A stretch of 64,000 nt of DNA, taken from Candidatus Latescibacterota bacterium. GTDB lineage: Bacteria; Latescibacterota; UBA2968; GCA-2709665. Below the pieces are notes generated by a model. The model worked only from the letters and a program-made list of their open reading frames with translations, did no database searches and was not told where the DNA came from. Position numbers and translations under genes: made by a program. Of this stretch, positions 19,532-29,008 are shown piece after piece (positions within the stretch are counted from its first letter, which is position 1; each line of letters begins with the position of its first letter). The DNA is taken from positions 1,216,001 through 1,280,000 of the forward strand of contig OZ220733.1 of assembly GCA_965116875.1 (NCBI GenBank), in the 5' to 3' direction.

Positions 19532-21547
19532 TTGGAAACCGTAGTCGCGAGAGCCCCGAACCCCCCCGATCCAGCGCCTGGCAATGAGACTGACGCGCGC
19601 GACGGCCTCACCCCGCGCGCGTTCGTTATCGGCCTCGTCCTGTGCGTCCTCATGTGCGTGGGCCTCACCTACAACCGCATGATCACCCAGGGCTCCTTCA
19701 TTGGCGGCGGGTACTACATGGACCGGGGCGCGCTCATTGTCCTGTTCCTCCTTGTCGTGGCCGTCAATCCGCTGCTGGGGGTGATCAGGAGCTGTTTCGC
19801 CCTGACGCGCGGCGAATTGCTCGCCATCTACACCATGTTTCTCATCCTCCTGCCCGCGTGGGTGATGACCAAGCCGGTGATCCTCTACACAACCGGCGTT
19901 ACGTACCACGCGACGCCGGAGTTGCGCCACATCGAGGTTGTTCCGCCCCACATGCTGCCATGGCTGGTTCCTCAGGGGGAAGGAGTCGTCAGGGACCTCT
20001 ACGAAGGCCTGCCGAAAGGGGGTTCGATCCCGTGGCTTGGATGGGTCCTGCCGCTGTGGAGTTGGGGGTCGTTCCTCATCGTACTCTTCATTGTACTCAT
20101 TTGCCTGGGCGTGCTGATGCGCAGGCAATGGGAGGAACACGAGCGGTTCGCGTTCCCCCTCATGCAGGTGCCGCTCGCGATGCTGGAGCCCGGAAAGGGC
20201 CGGATCGCGCCCGTGTTCCGCAGCCGTCTGCTGGGGGCGGGGTTCGCGGTCCCGTCTCTGGTCGGCACCCTCAGGGGGCTCCGGTACTACTTTCCGTACA
20301 TTCCCGTTATCAACCTGGGGACACACGTTCGCATCTTCCGCCGGACGATGGTGCTGCCTTTCAAGGTCCATTTCCTTGTACTCGCATATTCCTATTTCAT
20401 CAATCTGGACGTGAGTCTCAGCCTGTGGGTCATCAACCTGGTTACAAAGGTGATTCGCGGCGCGCTGGCGATGGTTGGCGCGGGCCAGACCTGGGGGGTG
20501 TCCGGGGTCGTGGGACGTTACAGTTCCCAGGGATCCGAGTTTCTGGCATTGATGGGGATGGGGTATATCCTCGCGCTGGCCGCGTACAGCCTCTACGTTG
20601 CCAGGGGTCACCTCCGGCAGGTATGGGAACAGGTCCGCGGCCGTGCGTCGCACCTGCGGGACTCGGACGAAATCGTGTCCTACCGGTCGGCCATGCTGGG
20701 CATTGTGCTGGGCCTGAGTTACCTTGGTCTGTGGCTCTACCAGGCCGGAATCTCGCCGCCGCTGGTTCTGTTTCTTCTTGTTTCCAGTCTCATTGTCTTC
20801 TTTGTGATGGCGCGGATTGTGAGTGAAACGGGATTTGTCGCGACCTATTCCCCTCTCAATCCGTCCGAATTCGTGGTGTGCGCGGTGGGCTCCCCGGCGT
20901 TCGGTCCGGCGGGTCTCGCCACGCTGGGAATGAGCTACGTGTGGACGATGACGCGGAGGAATACGCTGATGCCGCACGCCATGGGGGCGCTTCGGCTGGC
21001 GCGCGAAATCGGAAGGAAGCGCGGCCTGGTCTGGGCAATGGTCGCGGCGTTGACCCTTGGCCTGGTCGCGACGGGCTACACGACGTTGAATCTGGGGTAT
21101 ACGCACGGCGGCGTGAACATCGACTATCCCTGGTTCAGCAACGTGAACGACGCGGCCTCTCCATTTGACGAATTCATCGGACGCCGGCTGCTGGAGCCCA
21201 GCCCGGTCTTCACGATGGGTTTCCTTTATACGGCCATGGGCACAGCGACTGCCGCTTTGCTGATCCTGCTCAGGATGCGTCTGCCGTGGTGGCCGTTTCA
21301 TCCCGCCGCGCTCCCGCTCAGTACGGTGTGGTACATGGACTGGTTCGGATTCAGCGTGTTCCTGGCATGGGGGATCAAGGCGATCATCCTGAGGGTGGGC
21401 GGGGCGGACCTCTACAGGAAGGCGCGTCCGTTCTTCATCGGAATGATCCTGGGCGAGGTCATGTGCTCGGGAGGCTGGTCGGTGGTAAGCGCCTTTACGG
21501 GACGGCTGAAAACCTGGCCGTTCATGGGCTATTGGAGTTCATCGTGA
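19532..21547 (+). CDS. Polytopic membrane protein, DUF6785/DUF6784-like putative transporter, copy 1
   Basis: Many hydrophobic helices; QWEEHERFAFP, NLDVSLSLW, ARIVSETG, WWPFHP, LYRKARPFFIGMILGE; start codon approximate. Confidence 0.8.
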   Translation: METVVARAPNPPDPAPGNETDARDGLTPRAFVIGLVLCVLMCVGLTYNRMITQGSFIGGGYYMDRGALIVLFLLVVAVNPLLGVIRSCFALTRGELLAIYTMFLILLPAWVMTKPVILYTTGVTYHATPELRHIEVVPPHMLPWLVPQGEGVVRDLYEGLPKGGSIPWLGWVLPLWSWGSFLIVLFIVLICLGVLMRRQWEEHERFAFPLMQVPLAMLEPGKGRIAPVFRSRLLGAGFAVPSLVGTLRGLRYYFPYIPVINLGTHVRIFRRTMVLPFKVHFLVLAYSYFINLDVSLSLWVINLVTKVIRGALAMVGAGQTWGVSGVVGRYSSQGSEFLALMGMGYILALAAYSLYVARGHLRQVWEQVRGRASHLRDSDEIVSYRSAMLGIVLGLSYLGLWLYQAGISPPLVLFLLVSSLIVFFVMARIVSETGFVATYSPLNPSEFVVCAVGSPAFGPAGLATLGMSYVWTMTRRNTLMPHAMGALRLAREIGRKRGLVWAMVAALTLGLVATGYTTLNLGYTHGGVNIDYPWFSNVNDAASPFDEFIGRRLLEPSPVFTMGFLYTAMGTATAALLILLRMRLPWWPFHPAALPLSTVWYMDWFGFSVFLAWGIKAIILRVGGADLYRKARPFFIGMILGEVMCSGGWSVVSAFTGRLKTWPFMGYWSSS

Positions 21548-21608
21548 ATCGCGCATCCGGCGTGCGCAAGCAAGCCGGCGCCGCGGATTGCCGAATCTTC
21601 GCCATGAA

Positions 21609-21807
21609 TTAACCTCAATTCCGTAAAAGCCGCAACGCAGCCCCGCGACGAAACCCTTCAAAACGGACCGAAATGGTCGTCATGAAGGACATTTTTTCCG
21701 TTCACGTACAGTGTCCTGGTGTATCCTGTTAATCAGCAGTTGAATCGCCTTTATTAACTCGCACATATTCGAATTAACCTCACCGAAAAATGACGAATCA
21801 AGGTTAA
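21609..21807. mobile_element. 199-bp MITE-like element, copy A
   Basis: Ends TTAACCTCAATTC / GAATCAAGGTTAA (11/13 inverted match); colinear similarity to 30568-30766. Confidence 0.7.
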
Positions 21808-21823
21808 ACAGAGGGAGAACCCG

Positions 21824-23845
21824 ATGTCGAAACCGGACCGGAAACTTCGCCGCGCGGCGCTGTTGCTTTTTCCTGACGTCGTACTGAACGAGGCGACACT
21901 CGACCGGATTGTCCGGGAAGGCTTCTCCGACGTGGGCGCGGGCGTCGTCGTAACGCCGGCGATCAAACTCCAGGGCTTCTCGCTGGAACAGTCCGAGAAA
22001 CTTGCAGGGATGTGCGAGGATCGGGGCCTGGGATTCATCGCCTTCACCGGGTATATAAAGTATCAGGAACATCTGGTGGAGGCAGAACCCCACCGGCTGA
22101 TGCGCATGGCCGGCGATGGCGGCGTGCTGGATCTCGACGGACTCCCGGTACGGTGGTTGTGTCCTTTTCGCCCCGAAAACAAAGCCCACTACCTGTCCCT
22201 TCTGATGGAAATATGCCAGTGGGGGGCCACACGTGAAATCCACCTGAATGACGAGGCGTGTCTCGGGTTCGGAGACGGAACAATTGGCTGTTACTGCGGT
22301 TTCTGCGAGGCTGAATTCCGAAAACGGACCGGCGTCAAGCCGCCCCGGCTTGCGGATTGGGATGACCCTTTGTGGTATACATGGCTGGAAAGCCGCTTCG
22401 AAAACTGGGAGGCGGTGCACTCGGAATTTCGAAGCGCCATCAAAGACGTCCGCCCGGACGTGGCTGTGGGCATCCAGCACAGTCCCGCCATCCCCGAGCG
22501 GAACTACAATTCCTGGCAGACCGCCATCCGCCTTGCCCGCGACGCGCGTTCACAGGACGTTATCGCCACCGACCCGTATCATTTCAATCACGACGATCTC
22601 ATCCTGCACCGTCCCCACCGCAGGATCCTTTCGGAGACGACCAGAAGCCTGATGGGCGCGTGTATGGACCGGCAGGTGGATATCTATCCGCAGGGCTTCA
22701 TGCCGCCGGAGCAGGCCGTTCCGATGGGCCGGCAGGACGGCCTGCTGGCCGGCGTGGTGCCGTTTGCGCTCGGCGCGGACCTGGTGATGCCATTCACGTA
22801 CGAGCAGATGAAGATCATCCCCGGATATTTCGAGGCCTTCGACGAGAGCCGGCGACTCCTGCCGGTGTTCGCGACGCACCGACCCTACAGCTTCGCCACG
22901 ATGATCATGCCCCAGCAATCCGAGATTACCGGCCATTACGAGTCCAACTGGGGACATGGCGGGTTGATCCGGATGGTCGATATGGTCTACCGTACCGGCC
23001 TGCCATGGCGCTGGTTCTGGGACGAGCGTCTGGACGACGCCAGCGATCAGCTCAACGGCCCGGTCATCCTCCCCGAGGTGCATTGCCTTACGCAGTCCCA
23101 GCTCGATTGCGTCAACGCGGTTGCGGAACGCGGAGAGGGGCTCCTGTGGATCGGCAACCGGCCGGCGGTTCCCTGGGCAGGGAAAGGCGCTTGCAAGCTG
23201 CCGTGGGAGATTGAGTCGGGCGCCTATGAAGTCGACTTCTTGCACAACCATCCGCTCACAGAGGGCCTGGAACATCCCGTAATCCTTTCGACGCGGGTGC
23301 AAGGCGGGTATCCGGACGGGCAGGTGCTGGGGACCGTGGATGGCCGTCCGGCCCTGGTCCTGGTTGAGGAGGGATCCCGGCGGGAGGCCTGGCTGGCGGG
23401 CATGCCTGCCGTGAAATATACCGGCAATGTTCCCGGAATGTCCTTTCTGGAGGAGACGTCCAACGTGGTGTTGCTGAGGCGACTGATCCACTGGGCAGCC
23501 GGCCGGAAACCCCTGGCGCGTTTGACACCCTTTCCGCCCGTTGACGATTACAGGACGTTGCGGCCGACCGACCGGAGGGCCGTGCCCACCATCGAGTTGC
23601 TCCCGATGGTCAAAGACGGCGACTCACTGCTGGCCATCGTGTTTCCATACACGCCGGTAAGGAGCCGGACAACGCTGGAGATCGTCCTTCCCCAGGGAAA
23701 AAGCGCGCAAGACATTGTCGAGATCTGGTCCGGTGAGAACTGGAATGACCGCGTGAAATCGACGAGCGACGGAACCATGCGAATACCGCTCGACATTCCG
23801 GGCGACTGCGACTTCCTGGCGATTCACGTACGGTTCGAACGTTGA
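21824..23845 (+). CDS. GH42-like TIM-barrel + trimerisation domain protein, paralog 2
   Basis: WLCPF, NDEA...CYCGFC, TDPY, VILPEVHCLT; C-terminal FPP...RPTDRRAVPTIELLPMV aligns by eye with FPP...RPLDIRWKPTMEIMPSV of 13521-15623. Confidence 0.75.
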   Translation: MSKPDRKLRRAALLLFPDVVLNEATLDRIVREGFSDVGAGVVVTPAIKLQGFSLEQSEKLAGMCEDRGLGFIAFTGYIKYQEHLVEAEPHRLMRMAGDGGVLDLDGLPVRWLCPFRPENKAHYLSLLMEICQWGATREIHLNDEACLGFGDGTIGCYCGFCEAEFRKRTGVKPPRLADWDDPLWYTWLESRFENWEAVHSEFRSAIKDVRPDVAVGIQHSPAIPERNYNSWQTAIRLARDARSQDVIATDPYHFNHDDLILHRPHRRILSETTRSLMGACMDRQVDIYPQGFMPPEQAVPMGRQDGLLAGVVPFALGADLVMPFTYEQMKIIPGYFEAFDESRRLLPVFATHRPYSFATMIMPQQSEITGHYESNWGHGGLIRMVDMVYRTGLPWRWFWDERLDDASDQLNGPVILPEVHCLTQSQLDCVNAVAERGEGLLWIGNRPAVPWAGKGACKLPWEIESGAYEVDFLHNHPLTEGLEHPVILSTRVQGGYPDGQVLGTVDGRPALVLVEEGSRREAWLAGMPAVKYTGNVPGMSFLEETSNVVLLRRLIHWAAGRKPLARLTPFPPVDDYRTLRPTDRRAVPTIELLPMVKDGDSLLAIVFPYTPVRSRTTLEIVLPQGKSAQDIVEIWSGENWNDRVKSTSDGTMRIPLDIPGDCDFLAIHVRFER

Positions 23846-25860
23846 ACGCTTCCACTCTACCATCGGGAGATGCGAAACGAATGACACGGCCGGCCGGAAC
23901 CGTCATTTTGGAAAGCCGGAAACCGGATGTGAAGTCCGGAGACGGTCTCTCGCTCAGGGCGTTCCTGATCGGCCTCGGACTGTGCGCGCTTCTTGGTGTC
24001 TGGCTGACGTACAACAGAATGGTGGTCCAGGGCCCCTTTATGGGCTGGTACTTTCTGGACCGGGGCGTGCTGTTCGTCTTTTTCTGTCTGGCCGTACTGC
24101 TCAACCCGCTGCTCGGCCTGCTGAAACGCCGCTATGCCCTGGGCCGCGGCGAGCTGCTGGCCATCTATGCGATGCTGCTGCTCCTGATGCCGGCGTGGGC
24201 GATGACCAGGGCATTGCTCGGGTTCATGACCGGCGTAACCTACTACGCGTCTCCGGAGATGCGGCACCTGGAGGCCGTCCTTCCCTATTCGCTGCCGTGG
24301 CTTGCGGTTCTGGACGTCGAGCCGGTCAGGTGGCTGTATGAAGGCTTGCCGAAGGGAGGCTCCGTCCCCTGGTGGGCCTGGGTGGTTCCCCTGTGGAGCT
24401 GGGGGTCGTTCCTGGTCGCGCTGTTTTTGGTTCTGGGCTGCCTGTCGGTGGTCCTCAGAAAACAATGGGAAGAACACGAGCGTTTCGCCTTCCCCATCAT
24501 GCAGGTTCCCCTCGCGATGGGCGAACGCGGCGACGGTTGGATCGGACCGCTGTTCCGAGGCCGGATGATGTGGTCGGGGTTTGCGATTCCGTTCGCCATC
24601 GGCTCGATGAACGCGCTGAACAGCTATTTCCACAACCTCCCCCGGGTGAGCCTGCGCACGGTGATCTGGATCTTCCGGCGCGCGATCCCAATGTCAATCA
24701 GGCTCAACTTCGCCCTGCTGGGCTATGCCTATTTCGTGAACCTGGACGTGAGCCTCAGCATCTGGCTCCTGAACGTAATCGCCAAGTGCATAAACGGCGT
24801 GTTTGCAATGCTGGGCGCGGAGCGATACGGGGTATCCGGGATGGTGGGACGGCACAGCTCCCAGGGGTCGGAATTCCTGGCGTTCATGGGCATGGGGTAT
24901 ATGCTGGCGCTGGCCGGGTACAGCCTCTGGATTGCCCGGAGCCATTTGAAAGCCGTCTGGGCGAAGGCGCTGGGGCGGCCGTCACGTCTGGTCGATTCGG
25001 AGGAAGTGCTTCCCTATCGGACGGCGGTGGCATGCATCTTGTTGGGCACGCTGTATCTGGGATGCTGGCTTTACCAGGCTGGACTGCCGCCGCATGTCAT
25101 CGCACTCCTGTTTATCGCATGCTTTGTCGTCTTTCTCGTCCTGGCCAGAATCGTCAGCGAAACCGGATATGCCGCAACCTACTCGCCATTGAACCCGTCG
25201 GAGTTCGTCGTATGCGCGGTCGGCTCTTCCGCGTTCGGTCCCACGGGCCTGGTAACCGCGGGCGCAGGTTACGTTTGGTCGATGACGCGGCTGAACACGC
25301 TGATGCCCCGCGCTTCGGCGGCGCTCAGGCTGGCGCGGGAAATGGGACGGACGCGGGGACTGATCTGGGCGATGGGCGCCGCCCTGGCCGTGGGGCTGGT
25401 TGTCGCCAGCCATACGACGCTGGATCTCGGCTACACGCATGGGGGCCGGAACCTCGACTACTGGTTTCGAGACGTGAATGACGCCGCGTTGCCGTTCGAC
25501 GAATACGTGGGCCGCAGGCTGCTGGATCCCAGCCCTGTCTTCTACACGGGATTCCTGTATACCGGACTGGGACTGGCTCTTGCCGCGCTGTTCATGGTTC
25601 TGCGAACCCGCCTGTCATGGTGGCCCATTCACCCGATCGCCCTGCCCGTAAGTACGATATGGATGACAGAACACTATTATTTCAGTATCTTTCTGGCGTG
25701 GGGGATCAAGGCGCTGGTGATGAAGTTCGGCGGGGCGACCCTCTATCGCAAGACCAGGCCGTTCTTTGTCGGTATCATCCTGGGGGAGGCGGTCTGCCTG
25801 GGCGCGTGGAGCCTCATCGACTTTGCCACCGGAAAGGTCGGCAATATGTCCCTGCTCTAA
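23842..25860 (+). CDS. DUF6785/DUF6784-like membrane protein, copy 2
   Basis: Same motifs as copy 1; start either TTG 23842 (overlapping the upstream stop) or ATG 23881. Confidence 0.8.
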   Translation: MNASTLPSGDAKRMTRPAGTVILESRKPDVKSGDGLSLRAFLIGLGLCALLGVWLTYNRMVVQGPFMGWYFLDRGVLFVFFCLAVLLNPLLGLLKRRYALGRGELLAIYAMLLLLMPAWAMTRALLGFMTGVTYYASPEMRHLEAVLPYSLPWLAVLDVEPVRWLYEGLPKGGSVPWWAWVVPLWSWGSFLVALFLVLGCLSVVLRKQWEEHERFAFPIMQVPLAMGERGDGWIGPLFRGRMMWSGFAIPFAIGSMNALNSYFHNLPRVSLRTVIWIFRRAIPMSIRLNFALLGYAYFVNLDVSLSIWLLNVIAKCINGVFAMLGAERYGVSGMVGRHSSQGSEFLAFMGMGYMLALAGYSLWIARSHLKAVWAKALGRPSRLVDSEEVLPYRTAVACILLGTLYLGCWLYQAGLPPHVIALLFIACFVVFLVLARIVSETGYAATYSPLNPSEFVVCAVGSSAFGPTGLVTAGAGYVWSMTRLNTLMPRASAALRLAREMGRTRGLIWAMGAALAVGLVVASHTTLDLGYTHGGRNLDYWFRDVNDAALPFDEYVGRRLLDPSPVFYTGFLYTGLGLALAALFMVLRTRLSWWPIHPIALPVSTIWMTEHYYFSIFLAWGIKALVMKFGGATLYRKTRPFFVGIILGEAVCLGAWSLIDFATGKVGNMSLL

Positions 25861-25933
25861 CGGCCCGTTGAAAAAGCCCGTCCGGGCTACGGCCGGCCCT
25901 TGCCTGCAGAGCGACTTTACCAACGGACTGCTA
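25858..25933. repeat. Short inverted-repeat element (mini-MITE or IS-end remnant)
   Basis: TAACGGCCCGTTGAAAAAG vs reverse complement of the right end TAGCAGTCCGTTGGTAAAG (14/19). Confidence 0.5.
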
Positions 25934-25991
25934 ACGATTCGAATATCCAACGACGATCCGTTGACCACTTCTTTTACAAGGAGTCATTGGC

Positions 25992-26894
25992 ATGCTTACC
26001 CGGGGGCAGATTGAATTCTATCATACCAACGGCTATCTGGGTGTGGAGGACGTTCTCTCCCGCGAGGAAGTCGCGGAACTTCGCCGGGTCACCGATGCGT
26101 TCGTCGAAGCGTCGAGACAGGTCACCAGCACCGACACGGTATTCGACCTGGAACCGGGCCATACGCCGGAAAACCCGCAACTGCGTCGTCTCATAAGCCC
26201 GTCCAGCAGCCACGACGCGTACGCCCGCGGCCTGCGCCACGAAAAGATCCTGGACATCACCTCGCAGCTCATCGGTCCCGGTATACGGACGAACGGGGAC
26301 AAGCTCAACATGAAATCCGCGGAGGTGGGCAGCCCGGTGGAATGGCACCAGGACTGGGCGTTCTACCCCCATACCAACGACGACCTCCTCGCCGTTGGCG
26401 TCGCCATTGACGATATGACCGTGGAGAACGGCTGCCTGCTCGTGGTTCCGGGGTCTCACAAGGGGCGCATCCACGACCACCACCTCAACGGCCGATTCGC
26501 CGGCGCCGTTACCGAACCGGATTTTACCGGCGAGGGCGCCGTGCCGATCGAAATCCAGGCCGGCGGTATCTCCATCCACCACGTCCGGACGCTGCACGCA
26601 TCCGCCCCGAATACCTCCGGGAAACCCAGGCGCCTCCTGCTCTACATGTATTGCGCGGTAGATGCCTTTCCGCTGGTTCAACCCATCAATACCTGGGAAG
26701 AATTCAACGGAAAGATCCTCCGTGGGGAACCCACCCGCGAACCGCGCATGGTCGACGCACCGGTCCGGCTCCCGCTTCCCCCGGCGGAGCGCAGTGGATC
26801 CATATATGAAATCCAGACCATTCTCGAAGAGAGCAAGGTAACTCCCGATGACGTGGATGCCCGGAGTAAAACCGCCGCTGTACCTTCGAGATAA
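25992..26894 (+). CDS. PhyH family Fe(II)/2OG dioxygenase
   Basis: SD AAGGAG; FYHTNGYL, KLNMK, EWHQDWAFYPH, ENGCL...PGSH, LHASAPN...RR. Confidence 0.92.
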   Translation: MLTRGQIEFYHTNGYLGVEDVLSREEVAELRRVTDAFVEASRQVTSTDTVFDLEPGHTPENPQLRRLISPSSSHDAYARGLRHEKILDITSQLIGPGIRTNGDKLNMKSAEVGSPVEWHQDWAFYPHTNDDLLAVGVAIDDMTVENGCLLVVPGSHKGRIHDHHLNGRFAGAVTEPDFTGEGAVPIEIQAGGISIHHVRTLHASAPNTSGKPRRLLLYMYCAVDAFPLVQPINTWEEFNGKILRGEPTREPRMVDAPVRLPLPPAERSGSIYEIQTILEESKVTPDDVDARSKTAAVPSR

Positions 26895-26972
26895 GACAAG
26901 AAAACAGGAACGGTACGATCCTGCGTCGATGGTCGAATTCCAGGATGTGCGGCACAAAGGAGGACGTGACGG

Positions 26973-28952
26973 ATGGCCGACGTCCCGGCGGAAAGCCATC
27001 GAGATCGGACACCTGGCGAACGCAGCGGGGTGTGTGAGGAGGTACGGGACGGACTGACGGGCAGGGCCTTCCTGATCGGGCTCGCCCTGTGCCTCTTTCT
27101 GGCAGTTGTCATCCCCTATAACCGGATGGTGATCCAGGGCACCTCTCTCCACTACTATTTTGTGGACCGGGGTATCCTGTTCGTTTTTCTCCTGCTGATT
27201 CTTATTTGTAACGTCGCCCTGAAACCGGCGCACCGCCTGAAACGTGGAGAGCTTCTTTGCATCTTTTCAATGCTTCTGGTGTCGATGCCGGCACTGTGGA
27301 TGGTCAAGTGGCTGATCGCCTTCCTCACCGGCGCAACGTACTACGCTTCTCCGGAGCGCCCTGATCTCGAGGCGGTGCTGCCGCATATTCTGCCGTGGAC
27401 GGCCCCCCGGAACGCCGAGGCGGTTCGGGGGTTCTACGAGGGGCTTCCGCAGAGCGCCCCCCTGCCCTGGCTGGCCTGGCTGGCACCCCTGGCGAGTTGG
27501 GGGTCGTTTTTTTTGGTGCTGTTCGGCGTGTTGTTGTGCATCGCCGTGATATTCCGCAGGCAGTGGTCTGAGCACGAGCGGTTCGCGTTTCCAATTCTCC
27601 AGGTGCCGCTGGAAATGACGGAAACGGACGGCAGGCGCCTGGGCCCTCTGTTCAGGAGCCGGCTGATGTGGGCCGGATTTGCGGTTCCGCTTCTGATCGG
27701 TACGATCAATGGCCTGAATCACTACTTCCACACACTGCCCCGGGTCCAGATGGGAACAATGCTCTGGGTATTTCAGGGCACGACTCCATTGCCCCTGAGG
27801 ATGCACTTTGCTATTCTCGGGTATTCCTATTTTGTGAACCTGGACGTGAGCTTGAGCATCTGGGTGTTCAACGTCGTCTCCAAGGTCATCCGGGGCACGC
27901 TGGCGGTCTTCGGCGCGGAGTATACGGATGTCTCGGGGATGGTGGGCCGGTTCAGTTCAAGGGGATCGTCGTTCCTCGCGCTGACCGGAATGGGATATAT
28001 GCTGGTTCTGGCCGCCTATAGCGCATGGACCGCTCGCGGCCACCTGCGCGGGGTCTTCGCCAGGGCGTTCGGGACGTCGTCGGCCGCCGATGATTCCGGT
28101 GAAGTCATGTCCTACCGTGCGGCGGTCTTCGGAACCTTCGGGGGCATGGTATACCTCGGCTGCTGGCTGCATCAGGCGGGCATGTCTTTTGCTCTGATCC
28201 TGTTTCTGTTCTTCTCATCCATCGTGGTGTTTTTTGTTCTGGCCCGGATCGTGAGCGAGACGGGGTTCGTGGCAACGTATTCGCCCATCAACCCCGCTGA
28301 GTTCGTGGTCTGCGCGACGGGTTCGTCGGCCTTCGGCCCAACCGCGCTGGTGACGCTGGGCTTCGGCTACGCCTGGACAATGACCCGTGTCAGCAACGTC
28401 ATGCCCCGCGCGTTGGGGGCCCTATGGCTGTCGAGAGGCATGAGGCGTAAGCGCGGCCTGATCTGGGCGATGGGCGTTGCGATGGCGGTGGGGCTGGTAA
28501 CCGCAAGTGCGATGACGCTGGACCTGGGCTATTCGCGCGGGGGGCTGAACCTGGACCGGCACTTCCGCGATTATTCGCGCATCCCGTTCGATGCCTTCGT
28601 GGGGACCCGCATGCTGGAGCCGAGCCCCGTTTTCACCAGGGGTATGTTTTATACAGGACTCGGGATGGGTATTGCAGGTCTGTTGACCCTGCTGAGGATG
28701 CGTTTCAGATGGTGGCCTCTGCACCCGGTAGCTCTTCCGTTGAGTACGATCTGGTACACCGATACCTATTTTTTCAGTGTATTCCTGGCCTGGGGGATGA
28801 AAGCGACCGTGTTGAGATTCGGAGGAGCGAGGCTGTACCGGAGGACCCGGCCGTTCTTCATGGGGATGATACTGGGAGAGGCCACGGGCGCCGGCGTGTG
28901 GTGCATCGTGGACTACTTTACGGGAACGATCGGTAACAGAATCCTCTTATAA
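26973..28952 (+). CDS. DUF6785/DUF6784-like membrane protein, copy 3
   Basis: SD AGGAGG; same motifs (QWSEHERFAFP, ARIVSETG, WWPLHP, RPFFMGMILGE). Confidence 0.8.
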   Translation: MADVPAESHRDRTPGERSGVCEEVRDGLTGRAFLIGLALCLFLAVVIPYNRMVIQGTSLHYYFVDRGILFVFLLLILICNVALKPAHRLKRGELLCIFSMLLVSMPALWMVKWLIAFLTGATYYASPERPDLEAVLPHILPWTAPRNAEAVRGFYEGLPQSAPLPWLAWLAPLASWGSFFLVLFGVLLCIAVIFRRQWSEHERFAFPILQVPLEMTETDGRRLGPLFRSRLMWAGFAVPLLIGTINGLNHYFHTLPRVQMGTMLWVFQGTTPLPLRMHFAILGYSYFVNLDVSLSIWVFNVVSKVIRGTLAVFGAEYTDVSGMVGRFSSRGSSFLALTGMGYMLVLAAYSAWTARGHLRGVFARAFGTSSAADDSGEVMSYRAAVFGTFGGMVYLGCWLHQAGMSFALILFLFFSSIVVFFVLARIVSETGFVATYSPINPAEFVVCATGSSAFGPTALVTLGFGYAWTMTRVSNVMPRALGALWLSRGMRRKRGLIWAMGVAMAVGLVTASAMTLDLGYSRGGLNLDRHFRDYSRIPFDAFVGTRMLEPSPVFTRGMFYTGLGMGIAGLLTLLRMRFRWWPLHPVALPLSTIWYTDTYFFSVFLAWGMKATVLRFGGARLYRRTRPFFMGMILGEATGAGVWCIVDYFTGTIGNRILL

Positions 28953-29008
28953 GAAGAGGAATTTTCGGGACAGGACACTAAGCGCCAATCGACGAAATGG
29001 GGGACGGG

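Noticed and set aside
19526-21301. 591-aa antisense ORF and other long shadow ORFs (e.g. 1939-3240, 13275-14822, 46450-47913)
   Set aside because: They lie opposite well-supported genes, lack motifs, and are expected from GC-rich codon bias
21680-21810. Similar minus-strand peptides (FN.DSSFFG.VNS.MC.LIKAI) here and at about 30640-30770
   Set aside because: Explained by the DNA repeat; no conserved start or stop shared by the two copies
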